Below are positions 55,770 to 64,000 of a DNA stretch of 64,000 nt, one piece after another. Under the pieces are notes generated by a model. That model had not been told where the DNA came from. It did not search any database and worked only from the letters and a program-made list of their open reading frames with translations. Positions within the stretch are counted from its first letter, which is position 1. Every line of letters starts with the position of its first letter. This DNA comes from Candidatus Nanoarchaeia archaeon. Lineage in GTDB: Archaea; Nanobdellota; Nanobdellia; SCGC-AAA011-G17; JAUYJU01. The DNA is taken from contig JAUYJU010000027.1 of NCBI GenBank assembly GCA_030700155.1, positions 5,954 to 69,953 of the forward strand, written 5' to 3'. The position numbers were made by a program, and so were the translations under genes.

Positions 55770-57106
55770 AATTTCATTCCGCCAAACTTCTTCATAAGTT
55801 TTTCAGGATTCTTGCCTTTCATCATCTTCATCATTTTTTTACTTTGTTTATACTGTTTTAGTAATTGTCTTACTGCACCAACACTTACTCCAGCCCCTAA
55901 AGCAATCCGGTCTATTCTAGATCTTGTCAAAACATCAGGATCTTCCAGCTCCTCTTTGGTCATTGACTGCATAACAATTTTCCAGGTATCTAAACTTCCT
56001 TCCTGTTGTTCTAAAACTTCCTTGGGAATTTGTAGTTTACCAAATCCAGGTATCATCTCAATTACCTTAGTTAAGGGACCCATCTTTTTAACAGCACTTA
56101 ACTGTTCATATAAATCTAAGAAATTAAATTCCCCTTTTAGGAATTTCTTACCTAAATCTTGAGCTTGTTCTTCTGAAATAGTTTCTTTAGTTTTCTCTAA
56201 TAAGGCTTCAATATCTCCCATACCTAAAATTCTTCCAACAAAACCTTTAGGGTTAAAAGTCTCTAAATCATCTGTTCTTTCTCCAACTCCAATAAATTTA
56301 ATAGAAGCTTTAGTAGTTGCACAAGCAGTCAAAGCACCTCCTCCTTTTGCAGTACCATCCAACTTTGTAACAATAACTCCTGTAACGCCGCAGCTTTTAT
56401 GAAATTGTTCTGCTTGTTTCTGTGCAGATTGTCCAATATCTCCAGAAATAACTAACAAATTTTCATCAGGTTCTACTTCTTTATTAATAGCTTCTATTTC
56501 TTCAATTAAATCTTTACTTAAAGCGTCTCTTCCAGCTGTATCAATTATTACTAAATCAAATTTATCAAGTTCTTTTACAAATTTTTTATAAATTTTAACT
56601 GCATTTTTTTCTTTTTTATCTATGAAACAACTAACTCCTACTTTTTCAGAAACTTGTTCAAGTTGATCAGCAGCAGCAGGCCTGTAAGTGTCTAATCCTA
56701 AAGTTGCAACTTTATGCCCCCTCTTCTTATAATAATTGGCTAATTTACCGCAACTTGTGGTTTTACCACTTCCAAACAATCCAAGCATCATAATTTTAAA
56801 TGGTTTCTTTTTAGGATCAATTTTAACCTCAGATTTTTCCTCTCCTAAGAATTTAACTAATTCTTCATAAACAATATTTACTAAAAATTCTTTCTGGGTT
56901 ACTCCAGCAGGAGCTTTCTCTTTCAAAGCTCTTTCTTTGATACCTTTAGTCAATTCAAAAACTAAACTAACATTAACATCAGCAGATAATAATGCTCTTT
57001 GGATTTCCTTCACAATCTCGTCTACTAATTTCTCATTGACTAATCCAGCACCAGCTATCTTCTTCAGTACATTCTTCAATGAATTTCCTAGCTTCTCTAA
57101 GACCAT
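55766..57106 (-). CDS. srp54: Signal recognition particle protein SRP54
   Basis: NG domain with LGLFGSGKTTSCGKLA and a Met-rich M domain (KKMMKMMKG). Confidence 0.9.
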   Translation of the reverse strand: MVLEKLGNSLKNVLKKIAGAGLVNEKLVDEIVKEIQRALLSADVNVSLVFELTKGIKERALKEKAPAGVTQKEFLVNIVYEELVKFLGEEKSEVKIDPKKKPFKIMMLGLFGSGKTTSCGKLANYYKKRGHKVATLGLDTYRPAAADQLEQVSEKVGVSCFIDKKEKNAVKIYKKFVKELDKFDLVIIDTAGRDALSKDLIEEIEAINKEVEPDENLLVISGDIGQSAQKQAEQFHKSCGVTGVIVTKLDGTAKGGGALTACATTKASIKFIGVGERTDDLETFNPKGFVGRILGMGDIEALLEKTKETISEEQAQDLGKKFLKGEFNFLDLYEQLSAVKKMGPLTKVIEMIPGFGKLQIPKEVLEQQEGSLDTWKIVMQSMTKEELEDPDVLTRSRIDRIALGAGVSVGAVRQLLKQYKQSKKMMKMMKGKNPEKLMKKFGGMKL

Positions 57107-57196
57107 AAGTTAGAACACGAGAAAATGCTTTATAAAGGTTACTGAGGGAAAGTTATTTAAATGATTTAAACAAACTAAATAGTAATAATTTTAGAG

Positions 57197-57646
57197 GTGA
57201 AATTAAGGGCAAAAAGAAAAACTCAAAAAAAGGACGTAAGTTCTAAAAACTTAATCACTATAATTCTTATCGTAGCAGCTGCTTTTTTAATTAGTGGCAA
57301 TGGTTTAACAGGCGCTTTTTCATGGAGTGAATTTCAAAAACAAGTATATATTCCTCCTGCACCAACTAATCCAATTATTCAACCAACAATAACTGAACCA
57401 ATAATTATTCAAGGGCCTACTACTGAACCTGGAACTACAACTACAACAACCTCTGATGGCACAACAACAACAACTACTCTATCAAGTGATGGAACAGTAA
57501 CAACAGAAAAAGTATGGTCTGATGGGTATACAATAACAATAACAACAAGTGCTGATGGTTCATCAACCGAATTCATATATAAAGATACAAATGGAAGAAT
57601 CAGGACTACTACACTGACTTCCGATGGTAAAAGTACACAATATTAA
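57197..57646 (+). CDS. Thr-rich secreted or anchored protein
   Basis: N-terminal transmembrane/signal segment followed by NGLTGAFSW and then TTTTT-rich sequence. Confidence 0.35.
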   Translation: MKLRAKRKTQKKDVSSKNLITIILIVAAAFLISGNGLTGAFSWSEFQKQVYIPPAPTNPIIQPTITEPIIIQGPTTEPGTTTTTTSDGTTTTTTLSSDGTVTTEKVWSDGYTITITTSADGSSTEFIYKDTNGRIRTTTLTSDGKSTQY

Positions 57647-57687
57647 ATATTGGGAGCATAAAACGTGCTCCAACTTATCTTTTTATT

Positions 57688-58275
57688 TTATTCTGGCCTT
57701 ACAGAATCAAAAATATACACTCTATCAAGATTGTCCATTTTTGTATCAGATATAGCCATTAAATCTTCCCTATCTCTATTAGTATACACTAATTTAATAT
57801 CCTCACTAAAACTTTCTAATAACTTAAGATCAATGCAATAAGTTTCTTCCCATTCTTTAGAATTTATTTGTTCAGCAGTGCATAATTCAACAGCGTATAA
57901 GTCACTTTTAGTTTTATAGATATAAAGATTCCAATCAAGTAAATCTTGATTCTGGTCTAATAATTCCTGTCCTTTAAAGTTATAAGAAACATGTGCAACA
58001 TTGTTCAAAAATATTCTTTCAACTTTTTCTAAAACAATTCTAGCTCCATCTTGAGTTACATCATAAACTGGACCTTTATCTTCTTCAACGACATTCTCAA
58101 CTTCATCAATAATATCATCAATATCATCTAAATTATCAAGATCATCAATTGGTTCGATAACACTTTCATCCCCACTGTCGTTAGAACCAACAGCATAATT
58201 ATAGGTAGTTTGTGAAATAGAACATCCTGTTAAAAATACAATTAATAATAGTAGTAAATATAGTGTTTTCATCAT
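57688..58275 (-). CDS. Putative lipoprotein
   Basis: Signal peptide plus the lipobox LLLLIVFLTGCS, followed by an acidic Asp-rich linker. Confidence 0.35.
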   Translation of the reverse strand: MMKTLYLLLLLIVFLTGCSISQTTYNYAVGSNDSGDESVIEPIDDLDNLDDIDDIIDEVENVVEEDKGPVYDVTQDGARIVLEKVERIFLNNVAHVSYNFKGQELLDQNQDLLDWNLYIYKTKSDLYAVELCTAEQINSKEWEETYCIDLKLLESFSEDIKLVYTNRDREDLMAISDTKMDNLDRVYIFDSVRPE

Positions 58276-58306
58276 CTACATAGAAGAATATAGTTTAAAA
58301 ATCTTT

Positions 58307-58894
58307 CTAATAATCAGGATTGAAATGTTTAGTAACTAGCTTTCCATATCTACAATCTATACCTCTTTCTGTAACCTTTTCTGTAACGAACATAGGATCG
58401 CTCCATTCCATATACCTATCTCCATCGTAATTTCCACAAAGTTGATATCTCCTGTCACCAACACATTTTAATGCTCCTCTAGAACAATCATCAGTTCTCT
58501 GTCTTACAGAATCATCTTCATTTTGTCCACTTATCGTTGGGTTAAGTTCCCATTCATATAAAATCCTGTTATCAATATGTTCATATCTACCATTCCCGTC
58601 AATATCTAATTCAGGAATACAATGAGGACTCCATAAAGCATCAAGGCACCTTCTCAAAACATTATTATGATCTCTAACATCATCTTTATTTACAACCCCA
58701 TCTTTATTAAAATCAAATCTCTCAACAGGAATAGTTCCTGGAGCATCTGCAGTAGATCTATAACCAACTACTCTATAATGCAAGCTTCCAGTATCATAAA
58801 TACTTTCTCCAGTTAAACCTTCAACAACAACTGAAGAAATAAAACCTGCTAATAAAATCAAAAATGTAGCTAAAAATAAAGGTAAATTCCTCAT
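58307..58894 (-). CDS. Secreted Cys-containing protein
   Basis: N-terminal hydrophobic segment followed by EGLTGESIYD. 195 aa. Confidence 0.35.
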   Translation of the reverse strand: MRNLPLFLATFLILLAGFISSVVVEGLTGESIYDTGSLHYRVVGYRSTADAPGTIPVERFDFNKDGVVNKDDVRDHNNVLRRCLDALWSPHCIPELDIDGNGRYEHIDNRILYEWELNPTISGQNEDDSVRQRTDDCSRGALKCVGDRRYQLCGNYDGDRYMEWSDPMFVTEKVTERGIDCRYGKLVTKHFNPDY

Positions 58895-59398
58895 CTAATG
58901 TAACCTCGCTGCAGCCCTATACTCACATTGACCATTTCTGCACCTGCTTCCTTTATCACAAGGTTCAGTTACAAATTCAGGAACGCCGTAATTATTAATT
59001 GTACAAATCATTACTGTTCCAGTGCCACTGTAAGTATTTCTTCCACAGTAAGTTTCATCAGGGGTACAAACTCCACTTCTAGGCAATATATAACCACTAC
59101 CTTGACCAGAAGCTATAAAGTCTTCAAGCAAAGCGTAATCAATCATATCCAAATCTCCATCATTATCCAAATCTCCTTGTTTATCATAATTTCTTAGAGA
59201 AATTAAATTTTTCAACTTTTTCAAATCAAATTGATCTATATGTCCACTAGGGTCATGATCAACATTACCTTTAGCATATCTGGTATCACTAATTGAAGGC
59301 GCACCAGAATTATAGAACTGTCCTGTTAAACCACCATTCAATACAAAACCTAATGCTAAGATAACAATAACAAGAGTTAAAAGATTTTTTTGTAACAT
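58895..59398 (-). CDS. Secreted protein with a dockerin/EF-hand-like Asp-rich motif
   Basis: N-terminal hydrophobic segment followed by NGGLTGQF, then DLDNDGDLDMIDYALLEDF, a calcium-binding-like segment. Confidence 0.35.
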   Translation of the reverse strand: MLQKNLLTLVIVILALGFVLNGGLTGQFYNSGAPSISDTRYAKGNVDHDPSGHIDQFDLKKLKNLISLRNYDKQGDLDNDGDLDMIDYALLEDFIASGQGSGYILPRSGVCTPDETYCGRNTYSGTGTVMICTINNYGVPEFVTEPCDKGSRCRNGQCEYRAAARLH

Positions 59399-59453
59399 TT
59401 AATCACCCTCTTTCTTCTATTTATAAATTGATAATAATAGTATTTAAATTTAT

Positions 59454-59858
59454 CTATTCAACTACAATGACTTTTCCCCTTAACCTTCCATGCCATAAGG
59501 GGATAATATTATGCTCTCCAACAATATCAAAAGTATGTGTAAATTGCTGTCCAGCTAAAATTTTACCGCTAGGAATTTTATTTATTTCCTTGCTTCTTTC
59601 ATTTTCTACAGTAGTATAAATATTAAAAAAATAAGGATCTTCATCTTCATTCTTCCAGGTTACAGTGCCACCTTTTTTAATAGTTACTTCATTTTTATCG
59701 AAAATACCGCCTTTCATGATTATTGTTTCATAAGCAGGTATAGTCTCTTCAACTTCTTCTGTAGTTTCAACAGCCTTTTTAGGGGCAAAAATATTATTTA
59801 CAGTTTGACAACCTACTAGAAATACAACTAAAACCATCAAAACTGTAAGTTTTCTCAT
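59454..59858 (-). CDS. Putative lipoprotein
   Basis: Has the lipobox LVVFLVGCQ. 134 aa. Confidence 0.35.
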   Translation of the reverse strand: MRKLTVLMVLVVFLVGCQTVNNIFAPKKAVETTEEVEETIPAYETIIMKGGIFDKNEVTIKKGGTVTWKNEDEDPYFFNIYTTVENERSKEINKIPSGKILAGQQFTHTFDIVGEHNIIPLWHGRLRGKVIVVE

Positions 59859-59889
59859 ATTATTCTAAGAGTTAGTGTTACTTATAAAT

Positions 59890-60840
59890 TTATCGTGAAA
59901 ACCAGTCAGATATTAGTAACCTATACCTGGTTTCTTCCCTATACTTAGTTACTTCTCTTTGTTTTTGGACAAGCCCATCTTGTTTAACTTGAACACATTT
60001 TGTTTTTCCGACTTCACAAGTCAGATCAACAAAATAATCTACAGCAGGTCTAGTATTTCCATCAAAATATTCCCACTCAAATTTAATCATATTCGTTCCT
60101 ATTCCATCAATCTTTGATCTTACAAAATTTCTTTTATTTTCATAACCTCTATTATCACATAAATAATTATAAATTGCAAATCCTGAAAAAGTTTCTGGAA
60201 CAGGATTATAAGATTCTCCAATTCCTCTCCAATCAAAAGCATTGGCATCACTAGTAACAGTCTGTGTAAATTGATCAGCATATCCTTCAAAACTTCCACT
60301 AGCTCCATGACAATACTGTCCACTACTTACCCAATTATCAGTTTTCCATGTTCCGGTTATCTTACAATTATTAACTTTAGTGGGGAAAACTTTCTCAACA
60401 GAACTTCCAAAACCTTGATATTTCAAATAATTAGCTTGTGCTCTAAAGGTTATCCTTTCATTAACTAAAGATTCTGAATCACATACTTCATCCATAATTG
60501 GAACTATCACATCATAAGTTTCTATAGAAGTATAAGGAACGCTAACTGTATATGGAACTTTAGTTGTAAATCCATAAATTGTAAAAGCCCCTAGTAAAAC
60601 TACAGCAGTTAAAATTGCAATAGTTATCACAAGACCAACAGGACCTAATTGAGCTAATTTATGAAATTCTTTTCCACAAAATCTGCAAAATTTGGCAAGG
60701 GGATCTATTATTGCCTTACATTCAGGACAATTTTTTTCTAATCTTTTTTCAAGAGCTGCAAGTTCAGTTCCACAATGTTTACAGAAGTTAGATAAAGATT
60801 CAACTGTCTTATCACAGGTTGGACAACTCTTTTTGGCCAT
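59890..60840 (-). CDS. Membrane protein with an N-terminal cytoplasmic double zinc ribbon and an extracellular domain
   Basis: Two C-x2-C...C-x2-C units (CPTC...CKHCG, CPEC...CRFCG), then a transmembrane helix and about 230 aa of likely extracellular sequence. Confidence 0.4.
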   Translation of the reverse strand: MAKKSCPTCDKTVESLSNFCKHCGTELAALEKRLEKNCPECKAIIDPLAKFCRFCGKEFHKLAQLGPVGLVITIAILTAVVLLGAFTIYGFTTKVPYTVSVPYTSIETYDVIVPIMDEVCDSESLVNERITFRAQANYLKYQGFGSSVEKVFPTKVNNCKITGTWKTDNWVSSGQYCHGASGSFEGYADQFTQTVTSDANAFDWRGIGESYNPVPETFSGFAIYNYLCDNRGYENKRNFVRSKIDGIGTNMIKFEWEYFDGNTRPAVDYFVDLTCEVGKTKCVQVKQDGLVQKQREVTKYREETRYRLLISDWFSR

Positions 60841-60956
60841 ATATGGTATAAAATATCTAATGTTTATAAACCTATTGGCAATGAAATTAAAATCTGAAAC
60901 TCTAGAAATATTCCGGAAATCTTTCGAAATTTCCTTCTAATGTATATTTTCTAACT

Positions 60957-60978
60957 GTTGCCACCTTGCCAACCGCAC
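60957..60978. repeat. 22-bp motif GTTGCCACCTTGCCAACCGCAC, copy 2
   Basis: Exact match to 7937..7958, with a similar upstream TATATTTTCTA context. It lies about 40 bp upstream of the second LAGLIDADG protein gene. Confidence 0.7.
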
Positions 60979-61015
60979 ACAAAAACGATATATAAATAAA
61001 AGATGTCTCTACTTA

Positions 61016-62299
61016 GTGAAAGAGCTAATCAGAGTTAAAATAAATGAGGGGCAACAGAGGAAAATTTTTCAAATATTCCTCAAAAAATTTAATAAAAACT
61101 TTTCAAAGGCTAGCAATTACTTAAACACAACTTCCTCTAAATTAAGTAAATATAAAATGGCAGTAATTAAATATTTACCAGAAGAAATAATAGACAAAAC
61201 TACAAACTATTTAAAAATAGATAAACCAAAGATTATTGAAAGAAAAAGTTTAACAAATTTGAGACGAGAATATTTGAATAAAGCGCATAAAGTACTAGAA
61301 AATAAATATGGGAAAAACTGGGCTCGTGAACTTACCATAAGAAGAGATTATAAAGGAATACGACTGGATGATTTTCCAGACTATCTTTTTGTTTATCTGC
61401 AAGAAGATTATAGAAAAAGGTTATTTAAAGTGGCGTATAACGTAGCTGGTAACTTAAACAAATTAGCAACAACCCTGCGGGTGAGCCCATCAAGATTATC
61501 ATGCTGGTACGAAGGAAAACAAAAAGACTATACAAAAAAAGTAATTGCGACGCAATTTACACCTCTATCAAAATTGAAATTAATTTCAGAATTGCTCGTA
61601 AAGGATAACAATCACGAATTCTCAATGTTAAATATAGAAAATAATGTTATAGCCTATAGAATGCGAGCAGGAAACACAATAAAAAATCCAAAATTTCCAA
61701 TCCAAGAATCACCTGAAATGATAAGAATCCTATTTCATCTTCTAGGGGATGGTTATAGTGGTAATAAAAAGAATAATGCAAACTATAAGAATACCTGTCC
61801 ATTGCTCTTAGAGGGGTTCAAAAAAGATCTTAAAATATTTGGAGAAGTTCCAATTTATGAACAACAAGATTCTATAAAGTTTCCAAGATTATTCGCTGAA
61901 TTAATAGAAAATTTTTACAATGTAAACACAATGACTTTTGAGAGCAAAATCTCAAATGAGATACTAAAATTACCAAAAAAACTGTTGTATCAAGGTATAA
62001 AAGCATTCGCAGACGATGAAGGTACAATATATCAGAGCTCAATTAGACTATGCTCGGCAAATTATAACCTACTGAACGGAATCTCTAAAATAATCGATCT
62101 CATAAAACTAAAAAGAGGAGAGATTAAAAAACAACATAATGAGAGGGCTACATATGGAGTTACGTATTATCTCGACATAAAAGACATAGAAGCCTATCAT
62201 AAACACGTAGGATTTTCTCACCCGGTAAAAAAGAAAAAACTAGAGTTATTTGTCAAAAAGAAAAAATCGAAACTAAGAAGGAAAGAATTAAAGTCCTAA
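61016..62299 (+). CDS. Free-standing HTH + LAGLIDADG-fold protein, paralog of the one at 25365..26333
   Basis: Two LAGLIDADG-type motifs (ILFHLLGDGYSGN and IKAFADDEGTI) and an N-terminal HTH-like segment with the same S-x-x-S-x-x-L-N pattern as the paralog. Confidence 0.55.
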   Translation: MKELIRVKINEGQQRKIFQIFLKKFNKNFSKASNYLNTTSSKLSKYKMAVIKYLPEEIIDKTTNYLKIDKPKIIERKSLTNLRREYLNKAHKVLENKYGKNWARELTIRRDYKGIRLDDFPDYLFVYLQEDYRKRLFKVAYNVAGNLNKLATTLRVSPSRLSCWYEGKQKDYTKKVIATQFTPLSKLKLISELLVKDNNHEFSMLNIENNVIAYRMRAGNTIKNPKFPIQESPEMIRILFHLLGDGYSGNKKNNANYKNTCPLLLEGFKKDLKIFGEVPIYEQQDSIKFPRLFAELIENFYNVNTMTFESKISNEILKLPKKLLYQGIKAFADDEGTIYQSSIRLCSANYNLLNGISKIIDLIKLKRGEIKKQHNERATYGVTYYLDIKDIEAYHKHVGFSHPVKKKKLELFVKKKKSKLRRKELKS

Positions 62300-63355
62300 A
62301 CTTTTAATAAGGTCTTCTTTGCTGAACTTTTTGAGGTCATTCAAAGATTGCCCAACCCCCAAATATAATATTGGTTTATTTGTTATGTAAGAAACAGATA
62401 TTGCAGCTCCGCCTTTTTCATCAACATCGGCCTTACTTAAGATTATTCCATCAATACCAATAGTTTCGTCAAATAGCTTAGCCTGCTCTACACAATCATT
62501 TCCAGTAATAGATTCTCCAATGAAAATTTTCAAATCTGGTTTTGAAACTCTAACAATTTTTTTCATTTCATCCATCAAATTTTTATTGCTATGCATTCTT
62601 CCAGCTGTATCAATAAGAACAACATCGATATCCTTAGCTTCAGCATGTTTAATGGCATCAAAAGCAACAGCAGCTGGATCACTTCCATAATCTTGTTTGA
62701 TAACTTTAACTCCTAACCTTTCAGCATGTACTTCTAATTGATGTATGGCTGCAGCCCTAAAAGTATCAGAAGCTGCAAGGACTACTCTCAAACCTTGTTC
62801 TTGCAACATGCGAACAAATTTGGCTATCGTAGTAGTTTTACCTGCTCCATTAATTCCAAAAAAACAGATTACATAAGGTTTTTTGTTTTTTATCCTATCT
62901 AAAACATCAAAAGGTTGAACAAATGAATTTTCAAGCGTGATTCTTAAAGTATCTTGCACAACTTTCATTGTCTCTCCCCTTTTAATTGGATTATTAACTA
63001 AACTTTTTTTAAGGTTTTCTTTTATTTTTTCAATAATTTCAACAGCTACATTATTTTCAAGCAAGGCTAATTCTAACTCCCAGAATAAATCATCAAATTT
63101 ATCTTCAGAAATCTTCGTTGTAGTTATTTTCTCTTTTAATTTTCCGAAAAACCCTTTCTTTTCTTCCTTCGGTTCTTCTTTGACTTCTAATTTCGGTTTT
63201 TCCTTTTTTTCTTTCTTGATTTCAGGTTTATTTTCCTCTTTTTTAGGTTTTTCTTCTACTTGAACCTTCTCAATTACTGGCTCTGCTTCTGCCTCTACTT
63301 TTTTTGAGAATTTATCCAGAGCGCCTTTTAATTTTTCTTTTAAAAATTTAAACAT
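62288..63355 (-). CDS. ftsY: Signal recognition particle receptor FtsY
   Basis: NG domain with a FFGINGAGKTTT Walker A motif and a Lys/Glu-rich N-terminal region. Confidence 0.9.
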   Translation of the reverse strand: MFKFLKEKLKGALDKFSKKVEAEAEPVIEKVQVEEKPKKEENKPEIKKEKKEKPKLEVKEEPKEEKKGFFGKLKEKITTTKISEDKFDDLFWELELALLENNVAVEIIEKIKENLKKSLVNNPIKRGETMKVVQDTLRITLENSFVQPFDVLDRIKNKKPYVICFFGINGAGKTTTIAKFVRMLQEQGLRVVLAASDTFRAAAIHQLEVHAERLGVKVIKQDYGSDPAAVAFDAIKHAEAKDIDVVLIDTAGRMHSNKNLMDEMKKIVRVSKPDLKIFIGESITGNDCVEQAKLFDETIGIDGIILSKADVDEKGGAAISVSYITNKPILYLGVGQSLNDLKKFSKEDLIKSLGL

Positions 63356-63387
63356 AAACTACTAATCTAGAACTGCATTTATAAAAG

Positions 63388-63876
63388 TTACCTTTTAATC
63401 CTTTTATATCTCTTCTTAGCGATTTCATGCTCCCCATGAAAGAGTAATTTTCTTATGTTATCAAACTCTGAATGTATTTCAGATTCAATATCCTTCTCTA
63501 TTCTAGCAACATAATTAGTTGCATTTACAATTGGCTTTCTAACTTCTTTAAATACGGGCTTAAATGGAACTGGAATCTGTAAATTGGGTTTTGGTACAAC
63601 TTCAATTCCAGAAGGTCTTGGAATTTTTGAATAGCCACCTGGTAATTTCAAGGTCTTGTATATCAAATAAATCATAAAGATTATCAATAAAAAGAAAACA
63701 AATTGTAAAGAACCAACAGCAAATGAAGAAGGCACCTCTGCTACAACCTTTCCGGATATTATTTGACTTGGCTTTTCAGAGATTACTGTAGTAAGAATCT
63801 GAGATAAAAATAAAAGTAGCATAATTAATGCTAATGCTCCTGCGATTAGAAAAGTATCTTTTAGTAATTTTATCAT
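63388..63876 (-). CDS. Hypothetical membrane protein
   Basis: Two transmembrane helices. 162 aa. Confidence 0.35.
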   Translation of the reverse strand: MIKLLKDTFLIAGALALIMLLLFLSQILTTVISEKPSQIISGKVVAEVPSSFAVGSLQFVFFLLIIFMIYLIYKTLKLPGGYSKIPRPSGIEVVPKPNLQIPVPFKPVFKEVRKPIVNATNYVARIEKDIESEIHSEFDNIRKLLFHGEHEIAKKRYKRIKR

Positions 63877-64000
63877 TCTCTTTTCCCTTATATAGCTATA
63901 CTAAATTAATTTATAATGTTTTTGTTAAAAGAGTTTTGACAACCATTGTTGCATATTCCCCTTTATTTAGACTAAAACTTAATCGTAATTTATTTTTTCC

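Noticed and set aside
1-64000. CRISPR arrays
   Set aside because: I looked for regularly spaced direct repeats of 25 to 40 bp and found none. The only multi-copy segments are the DGR template/variable repeats, the 22-bp motif and the 21-bp promoter core.

Overview
This 64 kb window is AT-rich archaeal chromosome. The gene content points to a DPANN-type archaeon: an archaeal ribosomal and information-processing core, a tRNA-splicing endonuclease, Alba, an archaeal-type GlyRS, small genome-style gene packing, and introns or odd features in its tRNAs.

Housekeeping genes present:
- Ribosomal proteins: L12/P1, L10/P0 and L1 at the left end. SecE, Spt5 and L11 sit in a separate cluster about 13 kb away on the opposite strand. 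Also L37ae, L40e, S17e, S8e, L37e and S15.
- Transcription: RpoP, TFB, Spt5.
- Cell division: FtsZ, SepF.
- Replication: Orc1/Cdc6, a RecJ-like DHH nuclease.
- Protein targeting and KEOPS: SRP54, FtsY, Bud32.
- Translation and tRNA processing: aIF5A, GlyRS, RNase Z, EndA.
- Five standard tRNAs: Pro, Ala, Met/Ile2 (CAU), Leu and Gln, plus one about 109-nt tRNA-like gene that appears to contain an intron.

The main non-housekeeping feature is a roughly 9.7 kb putative integrated element, inserted at the 3' end of tRNA-Leu(UAG). It carries a tyrosine integrase, a RelE/ParE-type toxin-antitoxin pair and a membrane-anchored PD-(D/E)xK-like nuclease. It also carries a complete diversity-generating retroelement (DGR). 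The DGR consists of a reverse transcriptase with the DGR-type IGNLTSQ motif, an about 100 bp template repeat immediately upstream of the RT, and two cognate variable repeats. The variable repeats lie at the 3' ends of two paralogous target genes. Every difference I could align between template and variable repeats falls at template adenines on the coding strand. The two targets are interleaved in one operon with a MoxR-like AAA+ ATPase and a protein combining an HExxH motif with a vWA domain.

Other notable items:
- A surface operon encoding an 1811-aa secreted protein and a 683-aa protein with an archaeal pilin-like signal peptide.
- A cluster of secreted proteins and lipoproteins sharing an N-terminal GLTG motif.
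- Two paralogous free-standing proteins with an N-terminal helix-turn-helix and two LAGLIDADG motifs.
- A 22-bp motif repeated exactly at two distant loci.
- A duplicated 21-bp promoter core.
- A Dph2-like gene that appears to lack its N-terminal domain.
- Small genes missing from the ORF track: L40e, SecE, RpoP, a 41-aa poly-basic peptide and an AbrB-like ORF.
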